Origin: Paracoccaceae bacterium
GTDB lineage: Bacteria; Pseudomonadota; Alphaproteobacteria; Rhodobacterales; Rhodobacteraceae
Reading direction: 5' to 3'
NCBI GenBank assembly: GCA_014872875.1
Contig: WKFI01000007.1
Span: 176,495 to 240,494 of the forward strand
Length of the DNA stretch: 64,000 bases
The notes under the pieces were generated by a model, which worked only from the letters and a program-made list of their open reading frames with translations, was not told the origin of the DNA and ran no database searches. The translations under genes were made by a program, and so were the position numbers. Positions 58,081 through 64,000 of the stretch are shown piece by piece; positions within the stretch are counted from its first letter, which is position 1; each line of letters starts with the position of its first letter.

Positions 58081-59409
58081 ATGGACTTGTCCGACCTAAC
58101 CGGCCTGCCAACCGTGAGAATTGCTGCCTGTGATGTGAATGGTCAAATGCGCGGCAAACGCATGCCCGCGGAATTGGCGGACAAACTGGCAGAAGGCGCC
58201 GCGCGAATGCCGCTGTCGGCCCTGAACGTGGATGTCTTTGGTTGCGACATAGAAAACAGCCCACTGGTGTTTGAAACCGGGGATGCTGATGGCGTTCTGT
58301 TTCCGACCGAGCGAGGCGCGGTGGCCATGCCCTGGCTTCCCACGGACACTGCGCTGATCCCCATGGCGATGTATCACGACGATCAAACGCCGTTTCTGGG
58401 CGATCCGCGCCACGCGCTGGCAGAGGTGCTGTCCCGCTATGCAGCGCGCGGCTGGTCTGTGGTTTCTGCAACCGAAATGGAGTTTACCCTGGTTGATGCC
58501 AGCGGACCTGCGCCGCAACCACCACTCAACCCGGTTACCGGGAGGCGGGTGAAGAATGAGGCGGTTCTGTCGATTGGCCAGCTGGACGCGTTTGACGCAT
58601 TTTTTACCGACCTTTATGCCGGGGCCGAAGAGATGGGAATTCCGGCCCAATCCGCGATTTCCGAGGCCGGTCTGGGGCAGTACGAGATCAATCTTAACCA
58701 CCAGGACGCCATGCGGTGTGCGGATGATTCATGGCTTTTCAAAGCGCTTGTACGCGGATTGGCCCGCAAGCATGGGTTTGCGGCCACCTTCATGGCGAAA
58801 CCCTATTTGGGCGATGCTGGAAACGGGATGCATGTACATTTCTCGGTTTTGGACACGGACGGCAACAACGTCTTTGACGATGGGACCGAGCGCGGGTCAC
58901 ACCTCCTGTTGAATGCGGTTGCAGGCTGTATCGCGGCTATGCCGGACAGCACGCTGATCTTTGCACCGCATGGTAATTCTTATGCGCGATTGGTGCCCGG
59001 CGCCCATGCACCGACGGGAGCGGCCTGGGCCTATGAAAACCGAACCGCCGCGATCCGTATTCCCGGTGGGTCCCCCAAGGCTCGGCGAATCGAACACCGT
59101 GTGGCCGGCGGCGACACCAACCCTTACCTGATCCTTGCCACTCTGTTGGGAGCTGCTTTGGTGGGTATCGAAGACCAACTTACCCCGCCGGATCCCATCA
59201 CTGGCAATGCCTATGACCTGCCGGATTTGCCACAACTGGCACCAGACTGGATAACCGCCATCGACCGGTTCGAGGCCAGCCCACTAATCGCCCGGATCCT
59301 GCCCAAGATGATGATCCGTAATCTGGTGATGACCAAACGACAGGAGGTCGGGCGTTTCAATGACCTGCCCGAGGACCGGCATTGGTTAACTTGGCTGGAG
59401 ACGGTCTGA
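58081..59409 (+). CDS. Glutamine synthetase-like gamma-glutamyl-amine ligase (PuuA/PauA-type), paralog 1
   Basis: 442 aa, GS catalytic-domain pattern (ATEMEFTLVD...GLGQYEINLNHQDA...FMAKPY...GNGMHVHFSV...NSYARLVPG..AP...WAYENRTAAIRIP). Confidence 0.85.
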   Translation: MDLSDLTGLPTVRIAACDVNGQMRGKRMPAELADKLAEGAARMPLSALNVDVFGCDIENSPLVFETGDADGVLFPTERGAVAMPWLPTDTALIPMAMYHDDQTPFLGDPRHALAEVLSRYAARGWSVVSATEMEFTLVDASGPAPQPPLNPVTGRRVKNEAVLSIGQLDAFDAFFTDLYAGAEEMGIPAQSAISEAGLGQYEINLNHQDAMRCADDSWLFKALVRGLARKHGFAATFMAKPYLGDAGNGMHVHFSVLDTDGNNVFDDGTERGSHLLLNAVAGCIAAMPDSTLIFAPHGNSYARLVPGAHAPTGAAWAYENRTAAIRIPGGSPKARRIEHRVAGGDTNPYLILATLLGAALVGIEDQLTPPDPITGNAYDLPDLPQLAPDWITAIDRFEASPLIARILPKMMIRNLVMTKRQEVGRFNDLPEDRHWLTWLETV

Positions 59410-59446
59410 CCGCTCTTGCCCCAGTATGTCTCGTCAGGTAGTCTAA

Positions 59447-59458
59447 ATTTGATCAAAT
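59447..59458. promoter_or_regulatory. ATTTGATCAAAT palindrome upstream of the GATase gene (candidate operator)
   Basis: Perfect 12-bp palindrome ending 10 nt before ATG 59469. It shares the TTTGATCAAA core with 58011-58020. Confidence 0.4.
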
Positions 59459-59468
59459 CTGGTGACCT

Positions 59469-60152
59469 ATGAAAATTGGTATCTTATTGACCGGTCATGC
59501 CCCGGACGCCTTGATCGACCAGACAGGCGACTATGACTTGATGTTCGCCGACCTGCTGGCGCAGGACGGTTTGAATTTTCAGGGCTACGCGGTCGTTGAC
59601 GGAATTTTTCCTGAGAATGGCGCAGACGATGCTGACGGCTGGGTCATCACCGGATCCCGCCACGGTGCGTATGAGGATCACGATTGGATCCCGCCCTTGG
59701 AAGATCTGATCCGTGATATCGACGCGCAAAAGAAACCGCTGATCGGCGTGTGTTTCGGCCACCAGATCATTGCGCAGGCCCTGGGTGGAAAGGTTCAGAA
59801 ATTCGGTGGAGGCTGGGCCATCGGTCGGGTCACATATAGTCAGCAGGGGCAAGACGTGACCCTGAACGCCTGGCATCAGGATCAGGTTGTTGAACGGCCG
59901 GAGCGCGCTCGGGTCCTGGCCGGCAACGGCTTCTGCGAAAACGGCATCCTGGCCTATGATGATCACATCTGGACCGTTCAGCCGCACCCGGAATACAACG
60001 CGGACTTCATCCAGGGCCTGATCGACCATCGTGGGCGAGGCGTGGTCCCTGACGAAACCCTGAACCGGGCTGCCGCCAATCTGCGCGGCCCGGTCAGCAA
60101 CCCTGAAATCGCAACCTTCATGAAAGACTTCCTGACGAAAGAGAGGACCTGA
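59469..60152 (+). CDS. Class I glutamine amidotransferase-like hydrolase (PuuD/PauD-like candidate)
   Basis: 227 aa. Nucleophile elbow PLIGVCFGHQ and the HPE motif (VQPHPEYN). The stop overlaps the next start (TGATG). Confidence 0.8.
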   Translation: MKIGILLTGHAPDALIDQTGDYDLMFADLLAQDGLNFQGYAVVDGIFPENGADDADGWVITGSRHGAYEDHDWIPPLEDLIRDIDAQKKPLIGVCFGHQIIAQALGGKVQKFGGGWAIGRVTYSQQGQDVTLNAWHQDQVVERPERARVLAGNGFCENGILAYDDHIWTVQPHPEYNADFIQGLIDHRGRGVVPDETLNRAAANLRGPVSNPEIATFMKDFLTKERT

Positions 60153-61510
60153 TGGCCGACTGGACAGACACCCTGCCTGAAGCCGCGAAATCTTATTTGG
60201 AGGGCCGTCGTCTCGACGAGGTTGAATGCGTTATCTCGGACCTTCCGGGCATTGCCCGTGGCAAGGCCGTGCCCGCGTCCAAATTTGCCCGTCAGGAATA
60301 TTTTCACCTGCCCGACAGCATCTTCTACCAGACCATCACCGGAGACTGGGCAGATGCGGCAGACGAGGACGGTTGGATCGAAAAGGACATGATCCTGAAG
60401 CCCGACATGTCCACAACAAGTGCCGCCCCTTGGACCGGCGACTGGACCTTGCAGGTGATCCACGACGCGTATGACCGCGATCACAATCCCATCCCGTTCA
60501 GCCCGCGCAACGTGTTGAAACGTGTGGTTCAGCTGTATCACGACAAGGGCTGGGACCCGATCGTCGCACCGGAAATGGAGTTCTTTCTGGTCGCGCGCAA
60601 TGTGGATCCGGCGCATGAGATTAAGCCTATGATGGGTCGCTCGGGCCGCCCGGCAGCAGCACGACAGGCATATTCCATGACCGCCGTGGACGAATTCGGC
60701 CCGGTGATCGATGACATCTATGATTTCGCCGAAGCCCAAGGGTTCGAGATCGACGGCATCACCCAGGAAGGCGGCGCCGGGCAGTTGGAGATCAACCTCC
60801 GTCATGGCGACCCGGTAAAGCTGGCCGACGAAGTATTCTATTTCAAACGCCTGATCCGCGAAGCCGCTTTGCGCCACGATTGCTTTGCCACCTTCATGGC
60901 CAAGCCGATCGAGGATGAACCGGGCAGCGCCATGCACATCCATCACTCGATCATCGACATGGAAACGGGGGATAACATCTTCTCCGGCCCGCAGGGCGGC
61001 GAAACCGATGCGTTCTTCCATTTCATTGCCGGATTGCAGAACCATCTTCCTGCAGGCCTTGCGGTAATGGCTCCCTATGTGAACTCCTACCGCCGCTACG
61101 TGAAAGACCACGCTGCGCCCATAAATCTGGAATGGGCACGGGACAACCGAACCACGGGCATCCGGGTGCCACTGTCGGGCCCCGAGGCACGGCGGGTGGA
61201 AAACCGGATCGCGGGTATGGACTGTAACCCCTATCTGGGCATCGCTCTGTCGCTCGCTTGCGGATATCTGGGGCTTATGGAGGAAGAACGCCCGCGCCGT
61301 CAGTTCAAGGGCGACGCCTATGAAGGTGACGGGGACATTCCCCAGGTCATGGGCCAGGCCCTGGATCTGTTTGACGAGGCAACCGCCCTGCACGAGGTTC
61401 TTGGTCCTGAATTCGCCCGGGTCTATGGCACGGTCAAGCGTGCGGAATACGAAGAATTCCTGCAGGTCATCTCCCCTTGGGAGCGTGAGCATCTGCTCCT
61501 GAACGTCTGA
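60152..61510 (+). CDS. Glutamine synthetase-like gamma-glutamyl-amine ligase (PuuA/PauA-type), paralog 2
   Basis: 452 aa (APEMEFFLV...GAGQLEINLRHGD...FMAKPIEDEPGSAMHIHHSI...NSYRRYV...AP...WARDNRTTGIRVP). Confidence 0.88.
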   Translation: MADWTDTLPEAAKSYLEGRRLDEVECVISDLPGIARGKAVPASKFARQEYFHLPDSIFYQTITGDWADAADEDGWIEKDMILKPDMSTTSAAPWTGDWTLQVIHDAYDRDHNPIPFSPRNVLKRVVQLYHDKGWDPIVAPEMEFFLVARNVDPAHEIKPMMGRSGRPAAARQAYSMTAVDEFGPVIDDIYDFAEAQGFEIDGITQEGGAGQLEINLRHGDPVKLADEVFYFKRLIREAALRHDCFATFMAKPIEDEPGSAMHIHHSIIDMETGDNIFSGPQGGETDAFFHFIAGLQNHLPAGLAVMAPYVNSYRRYVKDHAAPINLEWARDNRTTGIRVPLSGPEARRVENRIAGMDCNPYLGIALSLACGYLGLMEEERPRRQFKGDAYEGDGDIPQVMGQALDLFDEATALHEVLGPEFARVYGTVKRAEYEEFLQVISPWEREHLLLNV

Positions 61511-61593
61511 TCTGTTTTGCGGGCCGGGCCCTTGCTGCGGCTCGGTCCCAGTCTTCGGACACGATACTTCCTTTTGGCGGAAAGCGAGGGCAA

Positions 61594-62904
61594 ATGGCGC
61601 TCAACCTCTTGCACAGCAATGACCGGCTCGGAGAATACCCCAACAGTTGGTACGCCGCGACGGCCAACACGCTGCCTCGCTTCCCCAAGCTGGAGGGAGA
61701 GGTGCAAGCTGATGTCTGCGTGATCGGCGGAGGCTACACTGGACTGTCTGCTGCCCTGCACTTGGCCGAAGCCGGACGCAAGGTTGTCCTTTTGGAGGCG
61801 CACCGCGTGGGATTTGGCGCGTCGGGCCGCAATGGCGGTCAACTGGGCAGTGGCCAGCGGCAGGATCAGGAAGAATTGGAGAAGATGGTTGGCCTGGACG
61901 AGGCCAAACGGCTCTGGGCTTTGGGCGAGGACTCAAAAAACCTGGTCAAGGATCTCGTCCAGAAACATGCAATTGCCTGCGATCTGAAACCGGGCATCGC
62001 GCTGACCGGCTCCAACGACAGTGACGTGAATCATCTGCATCATTACGCCGAGCATCTGCAAAGCCGCTATGGCTATGACCAATTGGAGGTCCTGCACCAG
62101 GCAGCTTGCCATGCACTTTGCCCCTCGCCAGATTACAAAGGGGGCGTTCTGGACATGGGGGCGGGTCATTTGCATCCGCTGAACCTGGCATTGGGCCTGG
62201 CCAAGGCCGCTGCCGACGCCGGAGCTGACCTGCGCGAACTCAGTGAGGTGCGCCAGATCACGCCCGGCTCCAAGGTGCGGATCAGCACCGACGGCGGAAC
62301 GGTTCTTGCAGACCAATTGATCCTTGGCTGCAACGGCTATCTAGGGGGGCTGGAGTCCAAAGTCGCCGCCCGGGTCATGCCGATCAACAATTTTGTCGCG
62401 GCGACCGAACCGCTGGGGGAAGACGCCGCCCGTGTCCTGACCCGCGACGTGGCCGTGGCCGACAGCCGCTTTGTGGTCAACTACTTCCGCCTGAGCGCGG
62501 ACAAGCGCCTGCTGTTCGGCGGTGGAGAAAGCTACGGCTACCGCTTCCCGGTGGACATTGCCACCAAGGTGCGTCAACCGATGACTGAGATCTTCCCGCA
62601 TTTGCGCGATGTGCGGATCGACTATGCCTGGGGCGGAACGTTGGCGATCACCATGAAACGGTTGCCTTACCTGGCGCGGCTGGCCCCCAACATCCTGACC
62701 GCATCCGGTTATTCCGGGCATGGCGTAGGAACGGCAACTCATGCGGGTCAGTTGATGGCCCTGGCTCTGCAGGGGGAAAGCGACGGGTTCGACACGATGT
62801 CCCGCATCCCGACCCGACCGTTCCCTGGTGGCGCCGCTCTGCGCTCTCCCCTATTGGCGCTGGCCATGACATGGTTTTCGCTCCGGGACAGGCTGGGGTT
62901 CTAG
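61594..62904 (+). CDS. FAD-dependent oxidoreductase (gamma-glutamylamine oxidase PuuB/PauB-like, DAO family)
   Basis: 436 aa. Rossmann motif DVCVIGGGYTGLSAALHLAEAG. GAGGG lies upstream of the ATG. Confidence 0.85.
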   Translation: MALNLLHSNDRLGEYPNSWYAATANTLPRFPKLEGEVQADVCVIGGGYTGLSAALHLAEAGRKVVLLEAHRVGFGASGRNGGQLGSGQRQDQEELEKMVGLDEAKRLWALGEDSKNLVKDLVQKHAIACDLKPGIALTGSNDSDVNHLHHYAEHLQSRYGYDQLEVLHQAACHALCPSPDYKGGVLDMGAGHLHPLNLALGLAKAAADAGADLRELSEVRQITPGSKVRISTDGGTVLADQLILGCNGYLGGLESKVAARVMPINNFVAATEPLGEDAARVLTRDVAVADSRFVVNYFRLSADKRLLFGGGESYGYRFPVDIATKVRQPMTEIFPHLRDVRIDYAWGGTLAITMKRLPYLARLAPNILTASGYSGHGVGTATHAGQLMALALQGESDGFDTMSRIPTRPFPGGAALRSPLLALAMTWFSLRDRLGF

Positions 62905-63076
62905 AGCGTCGCATTTCGTTCCAGTCCGTCAGTTCGGAACGCCTCAAAAACCCGCGGATCAAAAGCAACAGTTCTGTGAAATTTTGGCCAAACCCCGCCG
63001 AATTCGCAGGCTTTGACTTGGCATGGCCATCCAGTGAATTTATATTTTTGAAATCCCGAATGAAGGAAATCGAAAT

Positions 63077-64000
63077 ATGATGCAGGTGCCGAACGTTCAC
63101 GATGCAGAATCCATCCCTCCAGCAGCGCTTGAAGCCCTGCAGGAGCTGATGCAGTCGGGCGATTTGTTCCGTTACAACTCCGAAGACGCTCCGGTTTCAT
63201 TGCTGGAACAGGAGTTCGCTGAACTGCTGGGCGCGAAGTACGCACTTGCTGTGTCCTCGTGCTCTGCGGCGCTGTTCCTTTCGCTGAAGGCGCTTGAGTT
63301 ACCGCGTGACGCACGCGTGCTGATCCCTGGCTTCACTTTTGCCGCCGTGCCGTCCTCGATCGTGCACGCGGACTGCATCCCGGTCCTGTGCGAAGTCGGC
63401 GAAAACTACCGGATCGACATGGCAGATTTCGAAGCCAAGCTGGATGGCGTGCAGGCCGTCATCATCAGCCACATGCGCGGCCACACCTCGGACATGGATG
63501 CGATCATGTCCCTGTGTGACGCACGCGAAATTCCGGTGATCGAAGACGCGGCACATTCCCTGGGCACCACTTGGAACGGCCGCAATATCGGTACCATTGG
63601 CAAGATTGGCTGCTTTTCCTTCCAATCCTACAAGATGATCAATTCCGGCGAAGGCGGCATCCTGATCTCCGACGATGCCGATCTGGTCGCTCGTGCCGTG
63701 ATCATGTCCGGCGCTTACGAGCACACCTGGAAGAAACATAAGGGCCCCCGCGGCGACAACTCTGCAGAACTGGAGCAAGCCTTTGCCCGCTGGCAGAACC
63801 AGCTTCCGCTTTATAACCTGCGGATGAGTAATCTTGGCGCCGTGGTGATCCGCCCGCAGATCCCGGAATTGGCCCGCCGTGTTCGTGATGGGCTCAGCAA
63901 CCATGACTATGTGGCGGACCGCCTAAACAGCTCCACTCCGCATATTCGCGTCCCCGATCCACTGGGACCGGAACGCAGGGCACCCGATTCCATCCAGTTC
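63077..64000 (+). CDS. DegT/DnrJ/EryC1/StrS-family PLP aminotransferase (5' partial, runs off the window)
   Basis: It is absent from the ORF track because no stop is reached. My own translation from ATG 63077 (AAGGAA 8 nt upstream) gives MMQVPNVHDAESIPPAALEALQELMQSGDLFRYNSEDAPVSLLEQEFAELLGAKYALAVSSCSAALFLSLKAL...EDAAHSLGTTWNGRNIGTIGKIGCFSFQSYKMINSGEGGILISDD. This shows the SxxxK PLP-lysine context of the family. The frame is open for all 308 codons to 64000. The minus-strand ORF 63299..63904 is its shadow. Confidence 0.8.
   Translation, partial: MMQVPNVHDAESIPPAALEALQELMQSGDLFRYNSEDAPVSLLEQEFAELLGAKYALAVSSCSAALFLSLKALELPRDARVLIPGFTFAAVPSSIVHADCIPVLCEVGENYRIDMADFEAKLDGVQAVIISHMRGHTSDMDAIMSLCDAREIPVIEDAAHSLGTTWNGRNIGTIGKIGCFSFQSYKMINSGEGGILISDDADLVARAVIMSGAYEHTWKKHKGPRGDNSAELEQAFARWQNQLPLYNLRMSNLGAVVIRPQIPELARRVRDGLSNHDYVADRLNSSTPHIRVPDPLGPERRAPDSIQF

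Overview
GC-rich (about 60-65% by hand counts of a few lines) chromosomal segment whose gene content looks alphaproteobacterial, probably Rhodobacterales-like; that placement is an inference from gene families, not a search result. Most of the window is ordinary core genome: rpsD, metZ, ftsY, xseA, purD, a DegP-like protease with hflKC, gor, rpiA, sdaA, purA, secG and pyrG. Small accessory modules sit between these: two aromatic-ring FAD hydroxylases with a LuxR-type regulator, an AlkB-like hydroxylase, a cobalt-type nitrile hydratase operon, and at the 3' end a polar-amino-acid ABC transporter followed by a Puu/Pau-like gamma-glutamylation amine-catabolic cluster. I found no rRNA, tRNA, CRISPR array, transposase, integrase, prophage or recognisable defence genes, and I cannot point to a clear-cut novel multi-gene system. 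The points most worth a second look are: (1) an alphaproteobacterial-type SOS box (GTTC-N7-GTTC) directly upstream of a roughly 115-codon 3' remnant of dnaE2, which looks like the scar of a deleted imuA-imuB-dnaE2 cassette. (2) An AapJ/BztA-like binding-protein gene held in one frame but interrupted by two TGA codons, both at positions I recall as conserved Trp. (3) Two more decayed genes, a frameshifted DUF3604 gene and a FAH-family remnant. (4) A degenerate, hairpin-containing intergenic repeat family with 4-5 copies at gene 3' ends. (5) An H-type pseudoknot plus terminator leader upstream of metZ, a SAM-II-like riboswitch candidate. (6) The amine cluster itself, which has two GS-like ligases flanking a GATase, a DegT-family aminotransferase that runs off the window, and a shared TTTGATCAAA palindrome before two of its genes. 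All family assignments come from motif recognition and memory, not database searches.
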